A stretch of DNA of 64,000 nucleotides from Kiritimatiellia bacterium (GCA_040767085.1 JAXGPF010000003.1:256001-320000); one strand, 5' to 3'. Shown: positions 10,327 through 19,940, numbered from the stretch's first letter. Notes: a model not told the origin generated them from the sequence alone. Made by a program: numbers and translations.

Positions 10327-11683
10327 ACCGGACCTGGCCATCCGCCCAGACTGACTCGCCCCGCCGGCGCGCCCACGGAACGTAACACAGGGGATGATCG
10401 CTCCACAAGGGAGATTTGCCGACGGATGGATGCACTGCCGGCGGCGCATCGCATTCGAGCCTGATCACCGGGAACAACATGCGCTCCATTTGCGGCGGCA
10501 GCCCGTTGATCGTCAATTCCCAATCATTCTGGTTGACGGATAACGGGCAGTCCGATCCCAGCAGCGCGGCCCGCCGTACCCGGGTTTGCAGCCATGGCAG
10601 GCGCAGCGACGGCCGCCGGTCCCAGAAACGCATAATCAAGTAGAGATTGTTGCCGCGGCAGGACAGGCGTCCCAGCGTGACGGCGTCCGGCAAATCCCGA
10701 GCTTCCGCGCCGTAAACCGCCTCGCCGTTCACGCGCAGCCAATCGCCAATCACCCGGGCGCGCTCGGCGAACTCCGGAGGCATTACCCCGTCCGCATCCG
10801 GCCCGACGTTCAGCAGCAGATTCCCTCCCTTGCTGGCGGCTTCCACCAGCATGTCGAGCAGCAAGTCCGCCGGACGCCAATGTTCGCCGATGGCATGCCC
10901 CCAGAGCCGCCAGGTGCTGACCTGGCAGGACTCCCACAAGCGATCCGGATCGGCGGCGAGGCTATGTTCCGGCGTGCCGAAATCGCCGAGTTCCTGGGAA
11001 TGACCGGCGTCTTCCAGCATGTTCTTGTAGGGACCAGGCACGGTAGCCTTGACCGCGGGCTTACCGAGCCGGTTGTTGATCAGGATTTCCGGCTGCAACC
11101 CGCGCATCATCCGCACCAATTCCTCCGAACGCCAATCCTCGCGCGTGCGCGGCCAGGAACCATCGAACCAGATCACATCGATTTTGCCGTAATTGGTCAG
11201 CAACTCGCGCACCTGGCCGTGCACGTATTCGCGGAAAGCTCGCCAGCCGGCCGGGTTGATGTCCGGCCCTTCCAGGTAAGCGGGCACGCGAAAATCGGCC
11301 AGCGAATAATAAAGGCCCACCCGCAGGCCGGCGGCGCGGAAGGCCTCAACATACTCGGCCACGAAATCGCGTTGAGCCGCCTGCGCCGCGCTGGTGTAAT
11401 CCGTCAGCCGCGAATTCCACAGGCAATATCCGTCATGGTGGCGAGTGGTGAAGACCGCGTACCGGAATCCGCCGGCACGGGCAATTTCCGCCCACTGCCG
11501 GGCATCGAACTTCAGCGGCCGCCAACGGCAGGCAGCCGCGGCATATTCCCGCTGGTCCAGCCACTCGCGGATCAGGACCTGCTCGCCCCGCCCCGCCTGC
11601 GCATACGGCCCCCAGTGAATGAACATCCCGAAGCGCGCTTCGGGAAACCAAGACCATTTTTCCGGCAGAGTAGTATCTTGCAT
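10325..11683 (-). CDS. GH29 alpha-L-fucosidase
   Basis: WFPEARFGMFIHWG, TTRHHDG, IWFDG, LINNR, GGNLLLNVGP motifs. Confidence 0.92.
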   Translation of the reverse strand: MQDTTLPEKWSWFPEARFGMFIHWGPYAQAGRGEQVLIREWLDQREYAAAACRWRPLKFDARQWAEIARAGGFRYAVFTTRHHDGYCLWNSRLTDYTSAAQAAQRDFVAEYVEAFRAAGLRVGLYYSLADFRVPAYLEGPDINPAGWRAFREYVHGQVRELLTNYGKIDVIWFDGSWPRTREDWRSEELVRMMRGLQPEILINNRLGKPAVKATVPGPYKNMLEDAGHSQELGDFGTPEHSLAADPDRLWESCQVSTWRLWGHAIGEHWRPADLLLDMLVEAASKGGNLLLNVGPDADGVMPPEFAERARVIGDWLRVNGEAVYGAEARDLPDAVTLGRLSCRGNNLYLIMRFWDRRPSLRLPWLQTRVRRAALLGSDCPLSVNQNDWELTINGLPPQMERMLFPVIRLECDAPPAVHPSVGKSPLWSDHPLCYVPWARRRGESVWADGQVR

Positions 11684-11743
11684 GATTTTAGTTCCGCAGG
11701 TTATAATTTGGCCCAGCGCCTGACAGGCGTGCGCGCGGCCGGT

Positions 11744-12826
11744 TCAGTACCGCGCCAGTTCCAGCCCGCGATCGCGGAAATAGACAAACGATTCGTAATC
11801 GACTTCCGGCGGGGTCGAGTGGTCGGTAGACAGGATATAGGGCGTCCGGGTGGCGATCAACGGCAAAATCTTTTTGCGCAGTTCGGCGTCAATCCGCGCC
11901 CGGTCATTGGAGATCAGTTCGCGGATGTCAATATTGCCCATGAACCCGAGGCGGGCGCCGTAAAGCTTGTTCAACCGCACCATGTCCATGCCGGCCTTGA
12001 CCTCCATCGCCTGCAGCATGTCAATGCCGGCTTCGATCATCCCCGGCACAAGCGGCTCAACAAAACCGCAGGAATGCATGATCACCTTCATCCCGCGCGC
12101 ATGCGCCCAATCAATAGTGCGTTTATGCGCGGGCATGATCAGTTCGCGGTACATCGCCGGCGACATGAACGGTTTTTCCTTGAAGCCCATGTCTTCCCAG
12201 AACCAGATGCCGTCCGGCAAGCCCTCCGCGTTAAACAGCATCTCCCAGAGGTTAATGGTCAAGTCGGCATAAACGGAAGCCATTTCCAGAATCCATTCCG
12301 GATCGAGCGCCATGCCGACCAGGAGGTGTTCATGGCCGCAGACCGGATGGAGTTGCTCAAAAACATTCGTGCCGGCCCACATGAAAAAGCGGTTTTTATC
12401 AGCCGCGGCCTGGCGGGTCAGGCGGTAGGCCTCAAAATTTATCCGGCGGCGGTCGGGCTTCAAATGCGGCTTAATGTGCCGCTCCCACCCGGCGCGATCC
12501 TGCACCAGGAAGTCCACATGCTCCGGCGTGCCGGACTTGGCCTTCCACTGGCGCAAGACCGCGCCATTGCCGTTGCGCACCAGCTTGGTTTCCCCATCCT
12601 CCTCCAAAATCGTTTCGGGAATGTCAAGATTGGCGATCATGTTAAAACCGCCGGCCCGGACGATATCCATATTGAAAAACTCGTTTAATCCCTTGGGCGG
12701 AAGATGCCCCTCGTCCAACCAGCGCCGCGTGGTTTCGCCCCAGAAGGACTCGCAGAAGCCGGCGCGGTCCGCCGGCCGCCGTTCCAGCAAATTGCCGATA
12801 CGTTCCCGTGAAGTCATTGCAGGCAT
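11744..12826 (-). CDS. UroD/MtaA-superfamily protein (putative methylcobamide methyltransferase-like)
   Basis: MTSRER start, EDMG..FMSP, HSCG (HxC), MGNID, STDHS. ATG 12826 with AGGAGG RBS. Confidence 0.85.
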   Translation of the reverse strand: MPAMTSRERIGNLLERRPADRAGFCESFWGETTRRWLDEGHLPPKGLNEFFNMDIVRAGGFNMIANLDIPETILEEDGETKLVRNGNGAVLRQWKAKSGTPEHVDFLVQDRAGWERHIKPHLKPDRRRINFEAYRLTRQAAADKNRFFMWAGTNVFEQLHPVCGHEHLLVGMALDPEWILEMASVYADLTINLWEMLFNAEGLPDGIWFWEDMGFKEKPFMSPAMYRELIMPAHKRTIDWAHARGMKVIMHSCGFVEPLVPGMIEAGIDMLQAMEVKAGMDMVRLNKLYGARLGFMGNIDIRELISNDRARIDAELRKKILPLIATRTPYILSTDHSTPPEVDYESFVYFRDRGLELARY

Positions 12827-12872
12827 GAACTGGTCCTCCTTATTAGACAAAACTCGCTCAGGCATTTTAAAC

Positions 12873-13880
12873 CTAGGCATGGATTTCCGCCACCGTAAAG
12901 CCGGCCGCCGCCAGCATGGCCAGGTCGGCGGAGTGACCCTGCCCGGCCGTCGTCAGGTAGCCGTTGGTGAAGATCGAATTGGCGGCGTACAGTCCCAGCG
13001 GCTGCAGCGGCCCCAGGACCGCCTCGCGCCCGCCGGCGATCCGGATTTCGCGGTCCGGCAGAACGAACCGGAACATCGCCAGGACCCGCAGTCCCTCCAT
13101 GGGAGACAGGCGCGGCCGGCCAGCCAGCCGGGTACCGGCGCGCGGGTCGAGCAGGTTGACGGGCACGGAATCGGCGTCAATCTCCCGCAGCGCGAATGCC
13201 AGATCGACGCGGTCTTCCGGCGTTTCACCCATGCCCAGCAGTCCGCCGCTGCATAATTCCAGCCCGGCGCGCTTGGCGGCCCGGGCGGACGCCACGCGTT
13301 CGTCGTAGGAATGCGTGCCGCAGATTTCCGGGTAAAACCGGCGGGATGTTTCCAGGTTATGATTGTAACGATCCACGCCCGCCGTTTTCAGCCGCCGGCC
13401 CTGGGCGTCATCCAGCAATCCCATCGAAGCGCAAACCTGCAAATGAGGATGGCGGCGCTTGATCAACCGGGCGGCATCGCAGATGTTCCGCAGGGCTGCT
13501 TCGTCCGGACTGCGGCCGCTGATGACGATGCAATAACGCACCGCATGGACCTGCACGGCGTCTTCCGCGCCGGCGGCGATTTCATCCGCCGTCTGCAAAG
13601 GATATTGCGGCGCGGCGGATTGCGCCGCCGCGCTCTGGCTGCAATAGGCGCAATCCTCAGAACATAATCCGCTCTTGGCGTTGTGCAGCAGGTGCAGGCG
13701 GACACCCCGTCCGAAATACTTTTTCCGGATGGCGAAAGCGGCCGACAGCAAGTCCAAAAGGCCGTCATCCGGAGTTTCCATGATGGATAAAGCCGCGGCG
13801 CGGTCCACGGACTCGCCCGCCAGCACGCGCGCGCTTAAAGCGCGCCAATCTGATTGCGGTTTTGCGTTTGTAGTTGGCAT
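12873..13880 (-). CDS. bioB: biotin synthase
   Basis: CSEDCAYCSQS radical-SAM motif, YNHNLET, CSGG, SVPVN, AGGRE, ANSIF. Confidence 0.95.
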   Translation of the reverse strand: MPTTNAKPQSDWRALSARVLAGESVDRAAALSIMETPDDGLLDLLSAAFAIRKKYFGRGVRLHLLHNAKSGLCSEDCAYCSQSAAAQSAAPQYPLQTADEIAAGAEDAVQVHAVRYCIVISGRSPDEAALRNICDAARLIKRRHPHLQVCASMGLLDDAQGRRLKTAGVDRYNHNLETSRRFYPEICGTHSYDERVASARAAKRAGLELCSGGLLGMGETPEDRVDLAFALREIDADSVPVNLLDPRAGTRLAGRPRLSPMEGLRVLAMFRFVLPDREIRIAGGREAVLGPLQPLGLYAANSIFTNGYLTTAGQGHSADLAMLAAAGFTVAEIHA

Positions 13881-13887
13881 GCGGATG

Positions 13888-13916
13888 GGGATACCCGGTT
13901 TAACGCCATATGTCAA
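13888..13916 (-). promoter_or_regulatory. bioB promoter, probably giving a leaderless transcript
   Basis: TTGACA-N17-TATCCC, 7 nt before ATG 13880. No Shine-Dalgarno. The same motif recurs at 15087-15115. Confidence 0.5.
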
Positions 13917-14130
13917 GGTGGATTTTGCCCCGTTCCGTCCGCGCGGAAGTGGTGTGCGGCAAAACTTTCCCGGAGAATTACCAGGCGGAAATGCTGGCGC
14001 CGGACCTGGCGCTGCCGTAGAACCGCCTGGGCGCCTTGTTCAACACCGCCCAGCGCCGCCAGGATGTGAGCCCCTCAGGCCGGGGCCGTGGCGGCGCCGG
14101 CGTCGGCCATGCCTGATGCAGCATCACCCC

Positions 14131-14272
14131 TCATATCCACCAGACAAAGATGCCGGCGGGTACTATGGCCGCCACCGTAAAAGGAACACCTATCTCCATA
14201 AACTCGCGGAACCTTACCGTGTGCCCTATACGCCGCGACAAAAATCAGCAGACTAATCCAGGCATGATTCAC
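14131..14272 (-). pseudogene. internally deleted remnant of an SLC13/ArsB/NhaD-type permease
   Basis: N-terminus VNHAWISLLIFVAAY joined out of frame to GHTVRFREFMEIGVPFTVAAIVPAGIFVWWI*, a typical C-terminus of this family. Confidence 0.6.
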
Positions 14273-14284
14273 TGGACACGCCTC

Positions 14285-14926
14285 TTATGCGGCGCGAATC
14301 CATTCAATCATTCTCTGGAGGACGGCAATCCCGCCCAGCAGGAGAAAGGCGAAATAGAGTGTTGTCAAAACAAGAGTCGTGTATCCAAGGAGGACGGACC
14401 GGCCGTCTCGCTGGAGCACTCCGATCGCCAGGAAGAGAATGGCCAATCCCGGCAGCGTATTTGAGAATGGGATCAGCCCGAAAGGAGCCATAAGCAGCAT
14501 CGCACCTACGATCAGCATCAGCCCGTTGATCCGCGCCATTCCAATTCCGTGTGTTAAAAAGGGAATCGAAGGCCGGCTGATTCGCCCCAGACGGTGAATC
14601 CAAACGGCGCCCTTCTCCAACGCCAAACGCAGCCTGTGGGCTGGAAACTTTTTCTGCATCAGACGATCCGGCAGCCAGGGGGGATGATGGGTCATGATTC
14701 CGACGCCAACCAGTCCGATGACCAATCCGAACACGGTGCTAACTCCCGGGATAGATACCGGCACCATGAAAGGCAGCGTAAGGAAGATGCAGAAAGCCAA
14801 CATTCCTTCGCGGCCGATAAGATTGAGGATTTCCCGCAAAGTCACCATTTCACCCGCAAGGTTATTGAGCACATACTCAACTCTCGCGGCCAATGTCATT
14901 TCTGCCTGATCACATTCTGAATCCAT
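14285..14926 (-). CDS. exoD: ExoD-family membrane protein
   Basis: LPFMVPVSIPGVSTVFG, PWLP, IPFSNTLPG, QRDG motifs. AAGGAG RBS. Confidence 0.9.
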   Translation of the reverse strand: MDSECDQAEMTLAARVEYVLNNLAGEMVTLREILNLIGREGMLAFCIFLTLPFMVPVSIPGVSTVFGLVIGLVGVGIMTHHPPWLPDRLMQKKFPAHRLRLALEKGAVWIHRLGRISRPSIPFLTHGIGMARINGLMLIVGAMLLMAPFGLIPFSNTLPGLAILFLAIGVLQRDGRSVLLGYTTLVLTTLYFAFLLLGGIAVLQRMIEWIRAA

Positions 14927-14986
14927 CTATCTCCTTTCTTCCGATCAAGACTGGCGTTGCACGCTGCCGCGGCCGCAAAGTCACTG

Positions 14987-15170
14987 GATAAGGCCGCGGC
15001 GCGGCCAATGGACTCTCCCGCCGGCGCGCGCGCTTAACGCGCGCCAACCAGATTGCGGTCTTGCGGTTGCAATTGGCATGCGGATGGGGATACCCGGTTT
15101 TGCATAAGATGTCAAGGTGGTTTTTGCGCGCACCGCGACAGTTGGATTTTACCGCGTTCCGCCCCCGCGG
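14987..15170 (-). pseudogene. degenerate duplicate of the bioB promoter and 5' coding end
   Basis: Aligns with 13786-13950. Translates MPIATARPQSGWRALSAR versus BioB MPTTNAKPQSDWRALSAR, then frameshifts. Confidence 0.8.
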
Positions 15171-15176
15171 ACGGAA

Positions 15177-15328
15177 TGTGTCATTCTCGGCGGCTCGCTC
15201 CCGCTCCAGGCGGGACAAGCCGGAGGTTTACCCCGCTTTGAGCGGGTTCTCGCCCTACCTACGACAAATGCTTGTAAAACGGTAGGGCGAGGTCTCCGTA
15301 CCGAGCCGTCTGCTCTGAGAATGACGCA
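15177..15328. repeat. REP/REPIN-like palindromic element, copy B
   Basis: Near-identical, same-length copy of 5423-5574. Confidence 0.8.
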
Positions 15329-15362
15329 GCCCTGCCCGCTGGATCAGCCGCCTGTCGCAATC

Positions 15363-15390
15363 TTGACATCCATCCACCGGCATTTATAAT
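15363..15390 (+). promoter_or_regulatory. consensus sigma70 promoter of the antiporter gene
   Basis: TTGACA (15363-15368), N16, TATAAT (15385-15390). Confidence 0.7.
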
Positions 15391-15433
15391 GTTGCCGCTG
15401 ATTTAGCAAAACCGGGCAAGGTGATGGTTTTTC

Positions 15434-17704
15434 ATGGGCATTGAATTCATTCAGGATTTTACCGTGGTCCTGCTGGTGGCGGGCATCGCCGGCGCCATTT
15501 GCCGGCGCCTGGGCGCTTCGGCCACCATCGGCTACCTGCTGGCCGGGATGGTGGTCGGCCCTTACATCCCGCCGGTGGATCTGGTGTCGAACCTGGATAG
15601 CATTAAAACCCTCTCGGAACTGGGCTTGATTTTCCTGATGTTTTCCACCGGGCTGGGCTTGAGTTTCCGCAAGCTGAGCCGTCTGGGGCTGGCCTTGTTC
15701 GCCGCGGTGCTTTGCAGCACCTTTGTGATCATCACCATCATGCGGATGGGCGGGGCGATATTGCACACCTCCACCTTGACCGCCTTGTTCATCGCCGGCA
15801 TGCTTTCCAGTTCGAGTTCGGCGATCATCAGCCGCATTCTGCACGAAGGCGGCTTCATCCACCGGCATGCGGGACAGTTGGCCATGACGATTACCCTGCT
15901 GGAAGACCTGGCGGCATTGATCCTCTTCAGCGTCGTCGGCTCCTATGCCGCGGCGTCCCAAGCGCCGCTGGTGCATCAGACGGGGGCATTCTTCGCGTTT
16001 CTGGCCCTGGTGCTCACCCTGGCGTTATTATGGGTGCCCCGTTTCCTGGCGGCCATCCAGCGCCGGCTGCAGGAAGAATTGCGGACGCTGCTGGTGGCCG
16101 GCACACTGTGCCTGCTGGCGGTGCTGGCCACTCGCGCGGGTTATTCTCCGGCCCTGGGCGCCTTTCTGCTGGGAGTAATCATCGCCGGCACACCGCAGCG
16201 CGCGGGCATCGAGCGCACCTTTACCGGCCTGCGCGACATCTTCTCCGCCGTATTCTTCGTCTCCATCGGCATGCTGATAGATGTCCATGTATTTCTCAAT
16301 CCCTGGCTGATCCTGTGGCTGGCGGTGTTGGCCGCCGGCGCAATCGCCGTGCGCCTGACCGCCGCCACCACCGGCATGTTGCTGGCCGGGTACAAAGGCC
16401 GGGATGTTTTCCCCGCCGCACTGACCTTGACGGTGACCGGGGAATTTTCCTTCATCTTTGCCCAATTGGGCGTCAGCCGCGGCGTGCTGCCTGAATCCGC
16501 CCAGGCGCTGGCGGTGGGGGTGTGCGTGGTGACGGCCGCTTTTGCTTCATTCGCCGTGCCGCGCAGCGAGCGCGTCACGGCCTTCCTGACCGCGCACCAG
16601 CCCCGCTTGCTGGCGCGGGCGATCAATGGCTGGCAAAACTTGCTGGCCGCCCTGGGGCGGCGCGGCCAGGCCAGCACGCTCTGGCGCTTCGCCCGCAAGC
16701 GCGTCTGGCAGATCGGCGTGGAAATCCTGTTTGTGACCGGCTTGCTCATCTTTGCCGAGCCCTTATGCGAAAAGATTTTCGCCCGGCTGGGGCCTGGCAC
16801 GGCGCCCGGCGCCAAAATCACCTTGGTCTTCTGGTCGGCTTTCGGCCTCCTGCTGCTGGCCCCGCTGATCGCCATCTGGCGCAACATCGGCGCCCTGGCG
16901 ATGTTTTACGCCCAGGCAGCCACCCTGGAGGAATCGCGGCAAAGTTACCGCTCGGCCCTGCTGGAAAACCTGATCAAATTGATCGCGGCGGTGGTCCTGG
17001 CCGGCTGGCTGTGGCTTTTCTGGCCGGTGCATTTCGCCTCCCTCTGGATTCCGGTGATCCTGGCGGGCGGGCTGGCGGTCATGGCCATCCTCTTCTGGCG
17101 CAAGATGATTTTCTGGCATAGCGTGATGGAAGGCCGCCTCTACCGCGCGCTCCAGGGCGGCGAGCATAAGCACGCCCAGGCCTGGCGCGACAAGACGGCG
17201 GAGTGGAACGTCACCATCGGCGAATGCGAGCTGGCCGATTACAGCCCGCACGGCGGGCGTTCCATCGCCGACCTGAACTTGCGCGCGCGGTTCCGCTGCA
17301 CGATCATCGCCATCGAACGCCAGGGATACCTGATCATGAACCCGGCGGCAACGGTGGTGATTTACCCGCAGGATAAGCTGCTGCTGCTGGGCGCGGCGGA
17401 GCAACTCGCCGCGGCGCGGGAATGGCTGTCCGGCGGAGCGCCCCTGCCGCCGGATGACGCCGACCTGGATGACATTCATTTCGAGACCATCGGCGTGCCG
17501 CCTGACAGCCCGCACCTGGGTCAGACGCTCATGCACCTGGGGATTGCCGGCCAGCTCGGCGTGCAGATCACCGGCATCCGGCGCGCCGGCACGGAGCACA
17601 TCAACCCGCCGGCCGCGGAAACCCTGCAAGCCGGCGACGAGGTGCTGGCCCTGGGACTGCCCCGGCAAATCCGCGCCTTCCGCGAGTGGCTGGCAGGGGG
17701 TTGA
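15434..17704 (+). CDS. CPA2 cation:proton antiporter with two C-terminal TrkA-C (RCK_C) domains
   Basis: GYLLAG..VGP, SSSSAII, LLEDL, LGAFLLG, FFVSIG, GEFSFI. Two RCK_C repeats. Confidence 0.9.
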   Translation: MGIEFIQDFTVVLLVAGIAGAICRRLGASATIGYLLAGMVVGPYIPPVDLVSNLDSIKTLSELGLIFLMFSTGLGLSFRKLSRLGLALFAAVLCSTFVIITIMRMGGAILHTSTLTALFIAGMLSSSSSAIISRILHEGGFIHRHAGQLAMTITLLEDLAALILFSVVGSYAAASQAPLVHQTGAFFAFLALVLTLALLWVPRFLAAIQRRLQEELRTLLVAGTLCLLAVLATRAGYSPALGAFLLGVIIAGTPQRAGIERTFTGLRDIFSAVFFVSIGMLIDVHVFLNPWLILWLAVLAAGAIAVRLTAATTGMLLAGYKGRDVFPAALTLTVTGEFSFIFAQLGVSRGVLPESAQALAVGVCVVTAAFASFAVPRSERVTAFLTAHQPRLLARAINGWQNLLAALGRRGQASTLWRFARKRVWQIGVEILFVTGLLIFAEPLCEKIFARLGPGTAPGAKITLVFWSAFGLLLLAPLIAIWRNIGALAMFYAQAATLEESRQSYRSALLENLIKLIAAVVLAGWLWLFWPVHFASLWIPVILAGGLAVMAILFWRKMIFWHSVMEGRLYRALQGGEHKHAQAWRDKTAEWNVTIGECELADYSPHGGRSIADLNLRARFRCTIIAIERQGYLIMNPAATVVIYPQDKLLLLGAAEQLAAAREWLSGGAPLPPDDADLDDIHFETIGVPPDSPHLGQTLMHLGIAGQLGVQITGIRRAGTEHINPPAAETLQAGDEVLALGLPRQIRAFREWLAGG

Positions 17705-17705
17705 A

Positions 17706-17813
17706 TATGGATTGGTATCCGAACGAACACCCCGCCGACCGGCAGCAGATTCACCACGGAGCGTTCCTCCGCGGTAAAATCCCCATTCGACCCACATTTT
17801 CTGGCGAGGAACC
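17706..17813. mobile_element. truncated and collapsed copy of the ISL3-type MITE
   Basis: Inverted homologue of 23889-24205. Its end (17790-17813, reverse complement GGTTCCTCGCCAGAAAATGTGGGT) matches the ISL3 IR at 33149 in 20/24 positions. Confidence 0.7.
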
Positions 17814-17827
17814 GTTTTTGCGAGCTT

Positions 17828-19279
17828 TCACCGTACGCCAAAAAGCGCGCCCCCCGGCACGTGTTCGTAACAGCCCATGTCCGCCCGCCGGGTGAAATAA
17901 TCCTGCCGGCGCCGGCCGGCCAGGTCGGTGGATTCGGCCATCCAACCCAGATTGGTCCCGGCATCGATCCCGGGGGATCCTGAAGCCAATCGGTAATCGC
18001 CAGTATCGGCGTCCATAAAAACCGGCGCATTGGTGATGTTGCTGTAGTTTGGCGCGCTCAATTCCACCGGCAGGCTGCAATAAGCGATGACATTGCTGGC
18101 CGGCGACGGGTTGAACAGATCATTGGCCGCGCCCGTATCCGGATGCGAATTCAGCCAGACAATGCAATTGGTGACAAATACATTGCTTGTGCCGGCGCTG
18201 CTGTTGCCCAGGCTCAAACCTGCGCAGGTGCGCGCCTGATTGCTTGCAATTGTGCAGGCATCAATCAAGATCGGGGTATCGCCGAGGGTATAAGTGCTTG
18301 CGCACACCCCGCCGCCATATGAGCCGCCGGCGGTCAGACGATTTCCGGTCACCAGGCAGTTGCGCATCAGGCCGCCGCGATACACATACGCACCGCCGGC
18401 GGAGGTATAGGCGGTGTTGGACACCACCCGGCACCGGTCCAATGTGCCTCCAAAGTACAAATAAACGCCGCCGCCCTGCCCGGACGAATAATTGCCCGAT
18501 ATTTCGCAATCCACCAGCAGGGCGTTGGTGGTGTATACTCCGCCGCCGCGCCCCAAGCCGGTCGTATTGGTAGATTGATTGCCTGAAATCAGGCAGTTGG
18601 AAATCACGCAGGTGGCGCTGCCATAGGAGTAGACGCCGCCGGCGCCATTGCCGCCGCCAGTGTAATTATTGACTACCGCACTGTTATACAATCCCGCCCC
18701 ATCCCGCAACAAAACGCCGGCGCCGGTGCCGAGCGTCGTATGATTATTGCTGATGACACAGTTCCAGGCCGATGCATTTGCGCCAAGACACATCAAGCCG
18801 CCGCCCTGGGCGCCGGACAGCGTGGCGGTATTGTCAACGATCCAGCAATTGGAAATCGTGCCGGCGCCGACATACGCGCCTGCGCCGACACTGCTGCCGC
18901 CGGTAACCACAAATCCGTTGCTGAAGGTGAATCCCGCGACAAAGGCATCGGCATGATTAAGGAAAAGGCAGCGGTTGGTGACATTCGGATAATTGCCGTC
19001 CACTACGGTATCCAGCGGATTGGTTGAGGTCGCGCGCAGGGTAATGCCGCGGCTGATCCCCAAGGACGCGTTCAACACATAGACGCCGTTCGACACCAGC
19101 ACCACGTCGCCGGCGGTCAACGCCTTGGCAATGCCGTTGCTGATGGTCAGGTACGGATTCCCGGCCGAGCCGTCGCCGGCGGTGTCGTTGCCGTTGGTGG
19201 CCACGTAATACGTGGCGGCCGGCGCAAGCAAACCATAACCACAGAACACTGCAACAATTATTGCCGATTTGATGCTCAT
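17828..19279 (-). CDS. secreted parallel beta-helix (pectin-lyase-fold) protein with a choice-of-anchor-Q-like C-terminus
   Basis: Signal peptide, YYVATNGND..GDGS..NPYLTI, repeated GGG-x / (I)SNN units, C-terminal DYRL..GSPGIDAG..DLAG..R..DMGCYE. Confidence 0.8.
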   Translation of the reverse strand: MSIKSAIIVAVFCGYGLLAPAATYYVATNGNDTAGDGSAGNPYLTISNGIAKALTAGDVVLVSNGVYVLNASLGISRGITLRATSTNPLDTVVDGNYPNVTNRCLFLNHADAFVAGFTFSNGFVVTGGSSVGAGAYVGAGTISNCWIVDNTATLSGAQGGGLMCLGANASAWNCVISNNHTTLGTGAGVLLRDGAGLYNSAVVNNYTGGGNGAGGVYSYGSATCVISNCLISGNQSTNTTGLGRGGGVYTTNALLVDCEISGNYSSGQGGGVYLYFGGTLDRCRVVSNTAYTSAGGAYVYRGGLMRNCLVTGNRLTAGGSYGGGVCASTYTLGDTPILIDACTIASNQARTCAGLSLGNSSAGTSNVFVTNCIVWLNSHPDTGAANDLFNPSPASNVIAYCSLPVELSAPNYSNITNAPVFMDADTGDYRLASGSPGIDAGTNLGWMAESTDLAGRRRQDYFTRRADMGCYEHVPGGALFGVR

Positions 19280-19322
19280 TTTGCCCTCCAATGAATGTCT
19301 AGCTTTGAGTTTATAATCTTAT

Positions 19323-19940
19323 CTAACACGCTTTAAGTATCGCGACGGCAACCATGTTTCCTAAATATTCATAGCCAGCCGGATTGTAATGGTGTTGATC
19401 GGCGGCCCGCAATTCCACGCGGCCGGCGACCGCCTGATAAAGATCGTTCACGGGAATTTGCGCGCGTTCCATGACGCGCCGCGCCGCCAGATTGCGACTG
19501 ATGACAAGCTTGTTCAATTTCGGATCCAGCCGGCGGCGGCCGCCGAGGCAAACCACCGGCGTTGAAGACGCCCAGAGCAGCTTGGCTTTGCCGGCGAGCT
19601 GCCGCAAATTTCGGAGCAATCTGTTCAAATTCCGCTCGTAAGCTTTAACCGATTGATGCAGGCCGTGCAAGCCGTTGTTGAAATGCACGATTGCATACTT
19701 ACACTCGCTGAACATATATTCCAATTCGCGGAGCAAACCCTGATCATCCAGCGATTTGGATGTTGCCAGTAAATCAACATTAAACCGGCGGTTTAATTGT
19801 TCGGCCGCAAAACGATGGTAACCGTTGGCGATGGAATCCCCGATCAGGAGCGCGCGCGGCTTGCGCATATCCGGCGCATTGCTCCACCGCATCGAACACC
19901 ACTCGATTTTTTCACGGCGAATGTATTTGGTCTTTTGCAT
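19323..19940 (-). CDS. SGNH/GDSL hydrolase (carbohydrate esterase-like)
   Basis: IGDSI, FNNGLHG, DQHHY motifs. Promoter TTGACA-N17-TAACCT at 20060-20032. Confidence 0.85.
   Translation of the reverse strand: MQKTKYIRREKIEWCSMRWSNAPDMRKPRALLIGDSIANGYHRFAAEQLNRRFNVDLLATSKSLDDQGLLRELEYMFSECKYAIVHFNNGLHGLHQSVKAYERNLNRLLRNLRQLAGKAKLLWASSTPVVCLGGRRRLDPKLNKLVISRNLAARRVMERAQIPVNDLYQAVAGRVELRAADQHHYNPAGYEYLGNMVAVAILKAC

Noticed and set aside
10586-12688. Long plus-strand ORFs (also 37655-39475 and 42656-44152)
   Set aside because: They are antisense to well-supported genes, as expected from GC-rich codon bias.
13881-13930. BirA operator upstream of bioB
   Set aside because: No TGTAAACC-N14/16-GGTTTACA palindrome. 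TGTCAA is better explained as a minus-strand -35 box.
2033-15390. Shared spacer CATCCACCGGC in the AraC and antiporter promoters
   Set aside because: An 11-bp match in GC-rich DNA with no further support; it may be chance.
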